A DNA stretch of 64,000 nucleotides from Bacteroidales bacterium (GCA_021740045.1 JAIPAP010000002.1:13391-77390); one strand, 5' to 3'; positions 38,206 through 48,771 are shown, counted from the first letter of the stretch. The notes: generated from the letters alone by a model not told the origin. Numbers and translations are program-made.

Positions 38206-40746
38206 TTACGGATAAACCACCACATCCTCGCCCTCCATCTTCAGCATATAGCCTTCACCGGCTTGCATATTACCGATATTATTCACCCAATTGGGGCCGA
38301 TCTTGCGCAGCATATCCCCTTCGGTATTACGCATAAACCCCATATGGCCCAGGATGCTTTGCATAGCTGTTAAAGCATCCATAGGCTGGTTGGGAAGAAA
38401 ACTAATAAATTGAAAACCGGCCTGAACGGGGATAGGGGTATCGGAAGCGATCAGATCACCTTCGATAACCAATTCATTGCCCGCGTTCATCTTTGCCAAA
38501 TAACCTTCAATGGTATTCCAGTCACCGATGTTATTGATCCAATTGGGACCGATTTTGTGCAACATATCCCCGTTTGAATTCCTGACAAACTGTAATCCGT
38601 TATCAAGCAAAGGCGCCATCACAGCCAACATATCGGGATCATTAGCTATCATATGGGATGAGATGATTTGATACCCCGATCCGAGTTGAAGGCTTTGTTG
38701 CTGCGGAGGCGCTTCACCTCCAAACCCCGGGCTGGCCCATATGCTATCGCCTTCGGCATTTACTGCTATAAAATGTTCCGACGCTTTCCAGTTGGCCGGA
38801 TCATCATTCTCATTCTCCGGATCAATAATTTCTAAAGACGGGCCGTAACTATCAGGTTGGGAGGGCCAGGAACCGCCATCATCATAATCGACCAAATCGA
38901 CCAAATTACCGGCCTGATCCTTTAATTCAACAGCTTCCCCACTATTGCTTAAGGCGCCACTGTTCCATTCCATGGCCTCTATACCAAATGTATTTTGAAA
39001 GGCATCGCCATTTTTAGCAATCAATACAATTGAACCTGGTTCTAAAATAACACCGGGAAAAGTATATGAAATGCCCTCCGAAAAATAATATCCGGTCATA
39101 TCAATGCTTGTTGACCCCGGGTTATAGATTTCAATAAATTCCAGGGAATCCTGACCCGATTCCGGTGGATTATACATAATCTCTGTGATCACCGGATCAT
39201 AAGCACCCGGCATTTCCTGTATGCTAAAAGAAGCATCACTTTCATCACTAATACCTTCTCCAGCCAATTCTATCACATATTGATCATCCTCTGGTAAACT
39301 GCCGGATACCGTCCATTGCCATGATCCTTCCTCCACGGGAACCGATTCAGCCAACACCCATTCATCAGGTCCGTTTTTCAGCAGAATATCAAGCTGACCA
39401 CTTAAGTTGGCATAGGTCCATTCAATAGCATAAGTATTAGTGAAATATAGTGTCACACCGCCGTTGGGCGAAGTCACAGCCAGCAATGGAGCATTTGGGA
39501 AATTGGCTTGGCCGGGTGTTCCCCCATTTTGCTCGCTGCCCGCCCAGTTTTCACCTTGGCTGTTATCCAGCTCAGGCTCCAACAACGAAAGTGATGACCC
39601 GCTGCCATCCGGTGCTGTGGGCCAGGGAGCATTATCCTGGTAAGGAACATGATCGATTAGTTGTCCCGTAGGGCTGTATAAATTCACCTCATCCTCATCG
39701 TTATTCAGGGCAAAATGGCCGGTGCCATCATAATCGGGATCAAACGGGAAATTGCCATTGGTAAAAATAGAAACAGTAAAGTAGCCATTTCCTGCTATCT
39801 GTGCCCCTTGTGGTAATACCACCGGATCATGCGAAAGATCATCGTCCAGGATGGTCCAGTTGCTCAAATCCACCGCCTGCTCCGAAGGATTATAGAGTTC
39901 AATCCATTCCTCGTCATATTCCTCCGAGTTATACATAATCTCATTCACAATGAGTGTATCGGTGGTGTTTTCTCCCCAAATCAGGCTAACGTATTCCGGG
40001 TGGTCGATGAAGGGATTGCGGTTTTCCTGATAGTCGTAAATAACTTCATTGCGGTTCAGCTCAAAATCATTGGGCGGGTCTTGCTGATGCCACTCCAGAA
40101 GCGTAGATAACTTGCCATGTTCCGGGTCAGGAGCTGTATTCACTTCATCCACAGCTTCCAGGTCGATCTCCATGGGATAATCTTCATAACGTATCACCAT
40201 GTAGAAGATCATGCGGGCCACGTCGCCTTTTACTTCATCGCGCGGCTCCCAGCTGTTCTCATCGGAATAGCAGCCGGTAGGAATAGTGCCGTATTTCAGG
40301 TATTCCTCTCCCCCATTATCAAAATCTTTGTTGCTCCGTGCCGAGTTTACCGAAATATCACAAGGTCGAAGATGATGCGCATCGGTGCCGGGACCTTCAT
40401 CGTCGGGATCCAGACCACCGTGTGACTGTGCCCACACATGCTCGCGCGACCAGCCGTTGCCGTTGTTGTATTCCTGCTCGGCATCCACGCTCCATCCGGT
40501 GTAAAATAAGATCACATTATCGGGATTGGAAGGGTCTTCATCACTATCTTTTAAAATGTCCCACAAATCAGTCCCCGAAGAAGTGTACTGATATTCGATA
40601 TGATCGTCGATAATGGCATTGAGAGCCGTTTTCAGCTCCTCACCGCTCAGTCCTTGTGCATCGTCATAATAACCGGGCGGAATTTGTCCGAATGCGGAAA
40701 TAACAAGAAAAACAAATAATCCTGCAAGTGCCCCTGCTCTTTTCAT
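38206..40746 (-). CDS. secreted endonuclease I family nuclease with two lamin-tail domains and two uncharacterised C-terminal repeats
   Basis: Signal peptide. Endonuclease I motifs (REHVWAQSHGG, DAHHLRPCDISVNSARSNKDF, PRDEVKGDVARMIFYM). LTD motifs (VNEIMYNSEEYDEEWIELYNPS and ITEIMYNPPESGQDSLEFIEIYNPGS). Two ~75-aa repeats contain F(V/M)RN..GDML.KIGPNW.NNIG. Confidence 0.85.
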   Translation of the reverse strand: MKRAGALAGLFVFLVISAFGQIPPGYYDDAQGLSGEELKTALNAIIDDHIEYQYTSSGTDLWDILKDSDEDPSNPDNVILFYTGWSVDAEQEYNNGNGWSREHVWAQSHGGLDPDDEGPGTDAHHLRPCDISVNSARSNKDFDNGGEEYLKYGTIPTGCYSDENSWEPRDEVKGDVARMIFYMVIRYEDYPMEIDLEAVDEVNTAPDPEHGKLSTLLEWHQQDPPNDFELNRNEVIYDYQENRNPFIDHPEYVSLIWGENTTDTLIVNEIMYNSEEYDEEWIELYNPSEQAVDLSNWTILDDDLSHDPVVLPQGAQIAGNGYFTVSIFTNGNFPFDPDYDGTGHFALNNDEDEVNLYSPTGQLIDHVPYQDNAPWPTAPDGSGSSLSLLEPELDNSQGENWAGSEQNGGTPGQANFPNAPLLAVTSPNGGVTLYFTNTYAIEWTYANLSGQLDILLKNGPDEWVLAESVPVEEGSWQWTVSGSLPEDDQYVIELAGEGISDESDASFSIQEMPGAYDPVITEIMYNPPESGQDSLEFIEIYNPGSTSIDMTGYYFSEGISYTFPGVILEPGSIVLIAKNGDAFQNTFGIEAMEWNSGALSNSGEAVELKDQAGNLVDLVDYDDGGSWPSQPDSYGPSLEIIDPENENDDPANWKASEHFIAVNAEGDSIWASPGFGGEAPPQQQSLQLGSGYQIISSHMIANDPDMLAVMAPLLDNGLQFVRNSNGDMLHKIGPNWINNIGDWNTIEGYLAKMNAGNELVIEGDLIASDTPIPVQAGFQFISFLPNQPMDALTAMQSILGHMGFMRNTEGDMLRKIGPNWVNNIGNMQAGEGYMLKMEGEDVVVYP

Positions 40747-41103
40747 AGTGCTATATTTTAGTTTGCCCCTGTCCGTTTCTTTTCTCTTTTAGTTGGTCAT
40801 CCTTCCTTTATTGATGACCTAGCTCCCCCCTATTTATACCCTGTATACTTCACTGACTTACTCGATTAACATCAATGGCCCTCAAATCGTTTAGTCATTT
40901 TCATTTCATTAAAGTTGATTGCAAAAATAGGGGTTAATTTTATAATCATGAAGAATACAGAAATTAATGGTAATGGATTATATGAAGCCGCGTAGCGGCG
41001 ACGGAAAATCCATTAATCATTGTAAGCAAGATGCTTCAGTAGCACGCACCCGGAGGCGCACGCAAACTAACTGCATCCAAACGTAAATTCCAGAAAGAAA
41101 TCC

Positions 41104-41208
41104 CACGGCACGCGCCCGGAGGCGCGCGCCAACGATCTTTCTGCCAGTCGTGCCAGCCACGTATCCAAACACAAAAAAAGGGACAACCGCACCGGCCATC
41201 CCTTCTAT
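41104..41208 (+). repeat. GC-rich ~105-bp element, copy A
   Basis: It shares cacggcacgcgccYggaggcgcgcgccaac and cacaaaaaaagggacaaccgcaccggccatcccttcta with copy B. A degenerate extra hairpin copy is at 41041-41066. Confidence 0.8.
41173..41202 (-). terminator. terminator-like hairpin plus T7 inside copy A
   Basis: The minus strand reads gggatggccggtgcggttgtccc followed by ttttttt. No minus-strand gene currently feeds into it. Confidence 0.4.
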
Positions 41209-41244
41209 CTTCTATCTTCTACTTTCTACCTTCTACCTTCTACT
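41203..41244 (+). repeat. 7-bp tandem repeat, 6 units of TTCTAYN
   Basis: ttctatc ttctatc ttctact ttctacc ttctacc ttctact, directly after copy A. Confidence 0.9.
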
Positions 41245-41324
41245 TTATAACAAGATATAAATACCCAAAAATATGCGATAGTAATTAACGTTATCATGAA
41301 GTATGCAATCAAAGACGATTATCA

Positions 41325-41528
41325 ATGAAAACAATTGTCATTAAGCCAAAAAACAAAGAAGAAGAAAAGCTACTAAAACAGCTTTTCGAAAAGATGAATA
41401 TTGAATCCCATACCATTGAAGAACCAGTTCCCAATTACGAAACTCAACAAGCTATGAAAGATGTGGAGTCGGGAAAAGGGAATTATGTAGAGAATTCAGA
41501 CCAGTTGTTCTCCGAGCTTGATATTTAG
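41325..41528 (+). CDS. putative antitoxin of the YafQ-family pair
   Basis: 67 aa, ending 15 nt before the toxin start. The N-terminus MKTIVIKPKNKEEEKLLKQLFEKMNI resembles small Bacteroidota antitoxins. Confidence 0.6.
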   Translation: MKTIVIKPKNKEEEKLLKQLFEKMNIESHTIEEPVPNYETQQAMKDVESGKGNYVENSDQLFSELDI

Positions 41529-41543
41529 GCAATTATTATAGCC

Positions 41544-41816
41544 ATGTTCAAGCTTGTATATACCAACCAATTTAAGAAAGATATCAAACGTCTTCAAAAA
41601 AGGAGATATAACATGGACCTTATTAAGAAGGCTGTTCAAAATCTTGAAAGCAATGGCGAATTATCTCATAAATACAGACCCCATAAATTATCAGGTGAAT
41701 ATTCAGGATACTGGGAAGCTCATTTGAAAAGTGACTGGCTTATTATTTGGAAATTTATTGATGTATCAAATGAAATTTGGCTAACTCGCACCGGAACTCA
41801 TTCAGATTTATTTTGA
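41544..41816 (+). CDS. type II toxin, YafQ/RelE family mRNA interferase
   Basis: FKKDIKRLQKRRYNMDLIKKAV...HKLSGEYSGYWEAHLKSDWLIIW...RTGTHSDLF matches the YafQ-family pattern. Confidence 0.85.
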   Translation: MFKLVYTNQFKKDIKRLQKRRYNMDLIKKAVQNLESNGELSHKYRPHKLSGEYSGYWEAHLKSDWLIIWKFIDVSNEIWLTRTGTHSDLF

Positions 41817-42020
41817 TAAGCACTAATTTGAATAATAAACCGTCTCTTGAGAGACTTATTCAGGTATAAAACCGGGTTTCACACCACGCCAAATCAAAGC
41901 CCTCCATTTTTCAACCCCTCACCCCAATCGCATAGTGATGAAAGTATGATAGCCATTTTATCAATAAAGACAAAAGAGTTATACAGGCAAGCGCCGAGAA
42001 GCGAACCATCAATTATTCTA

Positions 42021-42117
42021 CACGGCACGCGCCTGGAGGCGCGCGCCAACCACCTATCGTGCGGACCAAAAATGCATGCACAAAAAAAGGGACAACCGCA
42101 CCGGCCATCCCTTCTAC
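42021..42117 (+). repeat. GC-rich element, copy B
   Basis: Same two conserved blocks as copy A. It ends in a truncated heptamer, ttctac, at the IS boundary. Confidence 0.8.
42082..42111 (-). terminator. probable original eno terminator, now separated from eno by the IS element
   Basis: The same hairpin plus T7 as in copy A, read on the minus strand. Confidence 0.5.
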
Positions 42118-42179
42118 TGCACTCTCATGGAATAGGTTGACATAAAAAATGTTAATAACTTTGATAAAACGAAAAAGTT

Positions 42180-42536
42180 ATGACCATAGAAGAACGAAGG
42201 CGAAGACGTTTTACTGAAGCGTTTCGCAAAGACCAGGTATCAAAGATCGAATCCGGGGAATTGACCGTAGCCGAAGTCAGCCGATTGTATGAGATTAAGC
42301 CGGATAATGTAAGGCGATGGTTAAAGAAGTATGGGCAGAAAAAATTGCCGGAACCAATTATTATAAGTAGTACCAGTGAGTACAATCGGATCGATAATCT
42401 AAAGAAGGAGAATAGCCACTTAAAACAGGTCATTGGGGACCAACAGGTGGAAATGCTTTATTTAAGGGCGCTGGTTGAATTGGCCAGGGAACAACTGGGA
42501 GAAGATTATGAAAAAAAAGTAAAATCCCGCTACTGA
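42180..42536 (+). CDS. IS3-family transposase OrfA (HTH)
   Basis: Helix-turn-helix region, then a leucine-zipper-like tail (LKKENSHLKQVIGDQQVEMLYLRALVEL). Confidence 0.85.
   Translation: MTIEERRRRRFTEAFRKDQVSKIESGELTVAEVSRLYEIKPDNVRRWLKKYGQKKLPEPIIISSTSEYNRIDNLKKENSHLKQVIGDQQVEMLYLRALVELAREQLGEDYEKKVKSRY
42511..42518 (+). other. programmed -1 ribosomal frameshift slippery run (A8)
   Basis: The A8 run sits near the end of orfA. The orfB frame is -1 relative to orfA, and it opens directly after a TGA at 42509-42511, so an OrfAB fusion is possible. Confidence 0.7.
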
Positions 42537-43429
42537 TGAAACTTCATGATTCAAGAACCCATGATAAAGTCTCAATGGAGCGCTTATATGCCTATTGTGG
42601 GATTACCCGGCAAGGCTTTTACCAGGCAAAAGCCCGTTTAGCAAAAGAGCAGGAAATAATCGAGAAGCTACTTCGGCAAGTTACGGCCTATAGGAAGAAA
42701 AAAGATCGGCGGGCCGGATCGAGGGGTTTGTACTATAACCTGGATATAAAATCCCAATTTGATATAGGGATCACTAAATTTGAACAGATCATTGCTTTGG
42801 CAGGATATAGCTTGATGCCTCTTCGCAAACGGGTAATTACTACTAAGTCATGTTATTCAAGCCGGGCTTATCCAAATCTTACCAATGGGCTTATAATTAG
42901 GGATATTAATGAATTGGTAGCGGGTGATCTAACTTATTTGACTATTGGTAAGCTGCGTCGTTATTTATTCTGTTTAACCGATGTGTATAGTGGACGATTA
43001 GTTGGTCATTGCCTGGGGAAACAAATGCGAGCCGAGGAAGCTCATTGCGCATTAATAATGTGGATTGATTTAAGAGGTGAGCCAGCTATAATGGATCTTT
43101 GTATTCATCATACAGATGGTGGTAGACAATATTTTTCAGCCCTTTATCTCAATACGTTGAAATCACTAAATTTGAAGATCAGCGTAGCGGATAATTGTTT
43201 GGAAAACGGATTTGCAGAACAGCGAAATGGACTGATTAGAAACCATTTTCTAGCCACGCTTGATATTCGATCAGAATCACATTTTAATAAGTCATTCGAT
43301 AAAATGGTGTATTTTTACAATTATGAAAGAAAGCAGAAAAGGCTTGGCTGGAGATCACCGGTTGAATTTGAAAATCAGTTATCAACTATGAAAACCAAGC
43401 CGGAATGGAGGTTATATGATTTTGGTTAA
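42536..43429 (+). CDS. IS3-family transposase OrfB (DDE/rve integrase core)
   Basis: The segments VAGDLTYL, HHTDGGRQYFS and ENGFAEQRNGLIRNHF are consistent with a D,D(35)E catalytic core. Confidence 0.85.
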   Translation: MKLHDSRTHDKVSMERLYAYCGITRQGFYQAKARLAKEQEIIEKLLRQVTAYRKKKDRRAGSRGLYYNLDIKSQFDIGITKFEQIIALAGYSLMPLRKRVITTKSCYSSRAYPNLTNGLIIRDINELVAGDLTYLTIGKLRRYLFCLTDVYSGRLVGHCLGKQMRAEEAHCALIMWIDLRGEPAIMDLCIHHTDGGRQYFSALYLNTLKSLNLKISVADNCLENGFAEQRNGLIRNHFLATLDIRSESHFNKSFDKMVYFYNYERKQKRLGWRSPVEFENQLSTMKTKPEWRLYDFG

Positions 43430-43700
43430 TACCAACTTTGGGGTTTTATTAGGCATAGCGCCGCCAAAAAAGACACAAAAAATGAGAGGCACCCTAAAAG
43501 AACTTGGATACCCCTCAAAATGTGACTTTTCCGTTGGCCAAAACTATTCCTCAAAGGGTTGCTCCCCAGCAGAGCCCTTCTCCGCTTTGTTTTGGAATAC
43601 TAAGTTAAATCCCTGCCATAGTGTAAATCAAAAAAAGTTATTAACAATTTTTAGGGTTTAGGTAGGGAACCTATCAACCTATTTCATGGGGTTGCATGAA

Positions 43701-43742
43701 TTCTACCTTCTACTTTCTACCTTCTATTTTCTACCTTCTACC
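43701..43742 (+). repeat. 7-bp tandem repeat, 6 units of TTCTAYN, abutting the eno stop codon
   Basis: ttctacc ttctact ttctacc ttctatt ttctacc ttctacc. The eno stop codon is at 43743-43745. Confidence 0.9.
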
Positions 43743-45050
<1,308 letters not shown>

Positions 45051-45118
45051 TCAACTAAAAAAAGGACAAAGTAAAAGTACTTACTTCATCCTTTTTGTTT
45101 ATTAACCTATTGTTAAGT

Positions 45119-45835
45119 TTATTTCTTCTCTTCTTCGTTATCGTCTTTCTTTTCCTCCGAATCTTCCGGCTTTTCTCCGGCAGGCTCCTCACCTTCGGCT
45201 TTGGGTTCTTCTTCCTTAGCTTCTTCTGCCGGCTCTTCGGTAGTTTCCTCCGCTTGACGGGCTTCAGGTTCCTGCTGGGTTTCTTCAGTCACTTCCTGTG
45301 CTTCCTGGGTTTCTACTTCCTGCGTAGTATCCTGTGGTTCTTCGGTAGTTTCTTCAGCAGCTTGTGCCTGGGTAGTGGTTTGTGCCTGGGTTTCCTGGGT
45401 CTTCTTCTTACCACCGCCTCTTCTTCTCCTTCTGCGGCGTCCTTTTTGTTCGCCTTCCTGTTCGGCCAGCAGAGCTTCGTTATAATCGACCAGCTCCATC
45501 ATGGCCATCTCAGCATTATCACCCAAACGGTTACCGGTTTTCAGGATACGGGTATAACCCCCGGGGCGGGTTGTCACCTTTTTCGATACTTCCCTGAAAA
45601 GTTCCGATACGGCTTCCTTGTTTTGAAGATAACGGAAAACCATCCGGCGCGAATGTGTATTATCGTCTTTTGAGCGGGTGATCAAAGGTTCAACATAGCG
45701 TCTCAGGGCCTTGGCCTTAGCCACCGTAGTATTGATCCGCTTGTGAAGGATCAATGAAGCAGCCATATTGGCCATCATTGCCTTGCGATGCGAACTGGTT
45801 CTGCTCAGATGATTGATTTTCTTTCTATGTCTCAT
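45119..45835 (-). CDS. rplQ: 50S ribosomal protein L17 with a long acidic/low-complexity C-terminal tail
   Basis: The N-terminal ~120 aa are [25 protein letters not shown]..., typical L17. The tail is rich in E, T, Q and K. Confidence 0.9.
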   Translation of the reverse strand: MRHRKKINHLSRTSSHRKAMMANMAASLILHKRINTTVAKAKALRRYVEPLITRSKDDNTHSRRMVFRYLQNKEAVSELFREVSKKVTTRPGGYTRILKTGNRLGDNAEMAMMELVDYNEALLAEQEGEQKGRRRRRRRGGGKKKTQETQAQTTTQAQAAEETTEEPQDTTQEVETQEAQEVTEETQQEPEARQAEETTEEPAEEAKEEEPKAEGEEPAGEKPEDSEEKKDDNEEEKK

Positions 45836-45839
45836 TTCC

Positions 45840-46835
45840 CTATTCCTTATCTAATTTATATTTTGCCGTATTCATACCAAACTCAAGCCCTTTGCTTTTC
45901 ACCAGCTCTTCCAGCTCGGTAAGTGACTTCTTTCCGAAGTTACGGAACTTAAGCAGGTCATTCTTATTATACGAAACCAAATCGCCCAGGGTATCCACAT
46001 CGGCAGCCTTCAGGCAGTTGAGTGCGCGAACCGACAGGTCCATGTCGACCAGCTTGGTCTTAAGCAACTGACGGATATGCAAGGTTTTCTCATCAAATTC
46101 ATCGGTAACCGATTTTTCCTCAGTATCGAGGGTGATCTTTTCATCGGAGAACAACATAAAGTGATGGATGAGAATCTTGGCTGCCTCTTTGAGGGCATCC
46201 TTGGGGTGAATGGAACCATCGGTATCGATTTCGATGACCAATTTTTCATAGTCGGTCTTTTGTTCCACACGGTAATTCTCGATGTGATATTTCACATTTT
46301 TGATGGGTGTGTGGATAGAATCGATGGCGATAACGCCGATGTTCTCGTCCAATGGTTTGTTCTCTTCGGCCGGCACATATCCCCTGCCCTTTTCGATGGT
46401 AAGCTCCATGGTTAGCTTCACCGAAGGCTCCATATTGCAGATGAGCTGCTCAGGATTGAGGACCTGGAATACATTTAAAAATTTATTTATATCGCCGGCC
46501 CGGAATTCTTCCTGATCGCCAATAACCACCTTTACCTTCTCGCGGTCTTCGCCATCGGTTTGTTGCTTTTTGAACCTAACCTGCTTCATGTTCAGCACAA
46601 CTTCGGTTACATCTTGCACAACGCCTTCTATGGATTGAAATTCCTGGTCAACACCCTCTATGCGCATGGATGTAACGGCATAACCTTCGAGTGAAGACAG
46701 CAGGATCCGGCGGAGTGCATTTCCGATAGTAATCCCAAAACCTGGCTCCAGGGGACGATATTCAAAGGAACCTTTGAAATCATCCGATTCGATCATTATA
46801 ACTTTTTCCGGCCTCTGAAATGCTAATATTGCCAT
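45840..46835 (-). CDS. rpoA: DNA-directed RNA polymerase subunit alpha
   Basis: [19 protein letters not shown] motif, 331 aa, in the alpha operon position. Confidence 0.95.
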   Translation of the reverse strand: MAILAFQRPEKVIMIESDDFKGSFEYRPLEPGFGITIGNALRRILLSSLEGYAVTSMRIEGVDQEFQSIEGVVQDVTEVVLNMKQVRFKKQQTDGEDREKVKVVIGDQEEFRAGDINKFLNVFQVLNPEQLICNMEPSVKLTMELTIEKGRGYVPAEENKPLDENIGVIAIDSIHTPIKNVKYHIENYRVEQKTDYEKLVIEIDTDGSIHPKDALKEAAKILIHHFMLFSDEKITLDTEEKSVTDEFDEKTLHIRQLLKTKLVDMDLSVRALNCLKAADVDTLGDLVSYNKNDLLKFRNFGKKSLTELEELVKSKGLEFGMNTAKYKLDKE

Positions 46836-46863
46836 AAATAAAACCTCCTAATTTGATAAATCA

Positions 46864-47469
46864 TTACTTGGAGTATAACTCGACGATCAACTGCTCATTG
46901 ATATTCTCCGGAATTTCGTCTCTTTCGGGGTAGCTCACGAATTTTCCGGCCATCTGGCTTTGATCCCATTCGAACCATGAATACTGGTTGGAACGTGAAG
47001 CCAATGAATTACTGATAGCTTCCAGTGACTTCGAACGTTCACGAACGCCAACGATATCACCAGGTTTTACACTATACGATGGTATATTGACAATGGTACC
47101 GTTCACAGTAATATGACGGTGCGAAACGAGCTGACGTGCTGCGGCACGTGTGGGAGCTATACCCATACGAAATACAACATTATCCAAGCGCGCCTCACAT
47201 AACTGCAGCAATACCTCACCGGTAACGCCTTTCTTACGGTTGGCGCGGGCAAATACGTTACGGAACTGTCGTTCCAGAATACCGTATGTATATTTGGCCT
47301 TTTGTTTTTCCATTAACTGCATGCCGTATTCCGACTGCTTCTTCCGGCGCCTGGAGTTTCCATGCTGGCCCGGAGGATAATTCTTGCTTTCAAATGATTT
47401 ATCAGGCCCGAAAATAGGTTCTCTGAATTTCCTGGCGATTTTCGTTCTTGGACCTCTGTATCTTGCCAT
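46864..47469 (-). CDS. rpsD: 30S ribosomal protein S4
   Basis: [16 protein letters not shown]-terminus. Confidence 0.95.
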   Translation of the reverse strand: MARYRGPRTKIARKFREPIFGPDKSFESKNYPPGQHGNSRRRKKQSEYGMQLMEKQKAKYTYGILERQFRNVFARANRKKGVTGEVLLQLCEARLDNVVFRMGIAPTRAAARQLVSHRHITVNGTIVNIPSYSVKPGDIVGVRERSKSLEAISNSLASRSNQYSWFEWDQSQMAGKFVSYPERDEIPENINEQLIVELYSK

Positions 47470-47524
47470 ACTGTTAATATATGTTTTTAATTAACTTGAT
47501 ATCTATATTTTGCAGTGTATCGAA

Positions 47525-47914
47525 TTACACCCTTCTGCGTTTTGGCGGACGACAACCATTGTGTGGCAATGGGGTTACATCCTGTATCTCGGTAACTTCA
47601 ATTCCTGAAGTGTGAATGGTTCTGATGGCCGACTCTCTGCCCGAGCCGGGGCCTTTAACAAAAACCTTCACCTTGCGCAAACCAAGGTCATAGGCCGTTT
47701 TCGATGCATCGGCCGCTGACGTTTGCGCTGCATAAGGGGTATTCTTTTTAGATCCTTTAAATCCCATTTTACCGGCAGAACCCCATGAAATGGTTTGCCC
47801 TGAATTATTGGTGAGGGTTACAATTACATTGTTGAACGTAGCCACAATGTATGCGCGCCCTACCGGATCAACTTTAACTTTTCTCTTTCTCGATGTCTTT
47901 GTGCTCTTTGCCAT
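47525..47914 (-). CDS. rpsK: 30S ribosomal protein S11
   Basis: Conserved [17 protein letters not shown] and the C-terminal [13 protein letters not shown]. Confidence 0.95.
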   Translation of the reverse strand: MAKSTKTSRKRKVKVDPVGRAYIVATFNNVIVTLTNNSGQTISWGSAGKMGFKGSKKNTPYAAQTSAADASKTAYDLGLRKVKVFVKGPGSGRESAIRTIHTSGIEVTEIQDVTPLPHNGCRPPKRRRV

Positions 47915-47953
47915 ATCGATTCAATTACACTATTATCAAAAACTGGGAAATTA

Positions 47954-48331
47954 CTATTTAACTGCTTTCTTCTTATTCGCAACCGTTTTCTTCCTACCTT
48001 TACGGGTACGGGCATTATTCTTGGTCGTTTGCCCTCTTAACGGAAGTCCCTGGCGGTGACGAATACCACGGTACGAACCGATATCCATCAAGCGTTTGAT
48101 GTTCATCGATATCTCGGAACGCAAGGAACCTTCAACCTTGAATTGTTCATTAATGACGTCGCGAATATTCTTCAGTTCATCATCGTTCCAGTCTTCCACT
48201 TTTTTATCCCATGCTACTTTGGCTTTGGTCAATATTTTTTGAGCTGTACTCCGACCAATACCGAAAATGTAGGTTAATGCAATTTCGCCATGCTTATTTC
48301 TTGGTATATCAACACCTGCTATTCTAGCCAT
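47954..48331 (-). CDS. rpsM: 30S ribosomal protein S13
   Basis: [11 protein letters not shown]-terminus. Confidence 0.95.
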   Translation of the reverse strand: MARIAGVDIPRNKHGEIALTYIFGIGRSTAQKILTKAKVAWDKKVEDWNDDELKNIRDVINEQFKVEGSLRSEISMNIKRLMDIGSYRGIRHRQGLPLRGQTTKNNARTRKGRKKTVANKKKAVK

Positions 48332-48369
48332 ATGATATTTTATTGTGTTTGTTAATTAATATTCAATCC

Positions 48370-48486
48370 TTACCCCTGACGCTGTTTGTTCTTGGGGTTT
48401 TTCTTATTGATAACGTAAAGCCTACCTTTCCTTCTAACGATTTTATCGTCGGCCGAACGCTTCTTAACGGATGCTCTGACTTTCAT
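48370..48486 (-). CDS. rpmJ: 50S ribosomal protein L36
   Basis: Not in the ORF track (38 aa). Manual translation gives [38 protein letters not shown], between infA and rpsM. Confidence 0.9.
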   Translation of the reverse strand: MKVRASVKKRSADDKIVRRKGRLYVINKKNPKNKQRQG

Positions 48487-48536
48487 TGTGCTTTATTTAT
48501 TTACAGTTAATGAATATCTTTAGTTCAATGCTATAA

Positions 48537-48755
48537 TTATTTGTAACGGTAAACAATACGTCCTTTTGTCAGGTCGTAAGGCGACATTTCGAGTTTTACT
48601 TTATCGCCCGGTAAAATTTTAATGTAATGCATGCGCATTTTACCGGAAATATGAGCGGTTACTATATGCCCGTTTTCCAGCTCCACACGAAACATGGCAT
48701 TACCCAATGACTCCTTTACGATTCCATCTTGTTCTATTGATGATTGTTTAGCCAT
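48537..48755 (-). CDS. infA: translation initiation factor IF-1
   Basis: 72 aa, with the S1-like fold sequence [13 protein letters not shown]...[11 protein letters not shown]. Confidence 0.95.
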   Translation of the reverse strand: MAKQSSIEQDGIVKESLGNAMFRVELENGHIVTAHISGKMRMHYIKILPGDKVKLEMSPYDLTKGRIVYRYK

Positions 48756-48771
48756 ACAATATATCAGTTAA

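Larger units (their letters stand above)
42118..43696 (+). mobile_element. IS3-family insertion sequence (~1.58 kb)
   Basis: Terminal inverted repeats tgcactctcatggaataggttga (left) and tgcaaccccatgaaataggttga (reverse complement of the right end). Inner repeat aaaaa(a/t)tgttaataacttt. OrfA and OrfB lie in the 0/-1 frame arrangement. I could not resolve a target-site duplication because the target is itself a repeat. Confidence 0.85.

Noticed and set aside
41017-41199. 60-aa minus-strand ORF, and the 97-aa plus-strand ORF at 41847-42140
   Set aside because: Both are built over the GC-rich repeated elements and are Arg/Ala-rich from the GC hairpins. They have no RBS, and the repeat copies are conserved as nucleotides rather than as reading frames.
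43416-43661. 81-aa ORF downstream of IS3 orfB
   Set aside because: It lies inside the IS right arm before the terminal inverted repeat, and I recognise no third IS3 gene of this kind. It is probably non-coding.
45095-45673. 192-aa plus-strand ORF
   Set aside because: It lies antisense to rplQ and is made of F/L/S/G low-complexity sequence, the mirror image of the acidic L17 tail. This is a compositional artefact.
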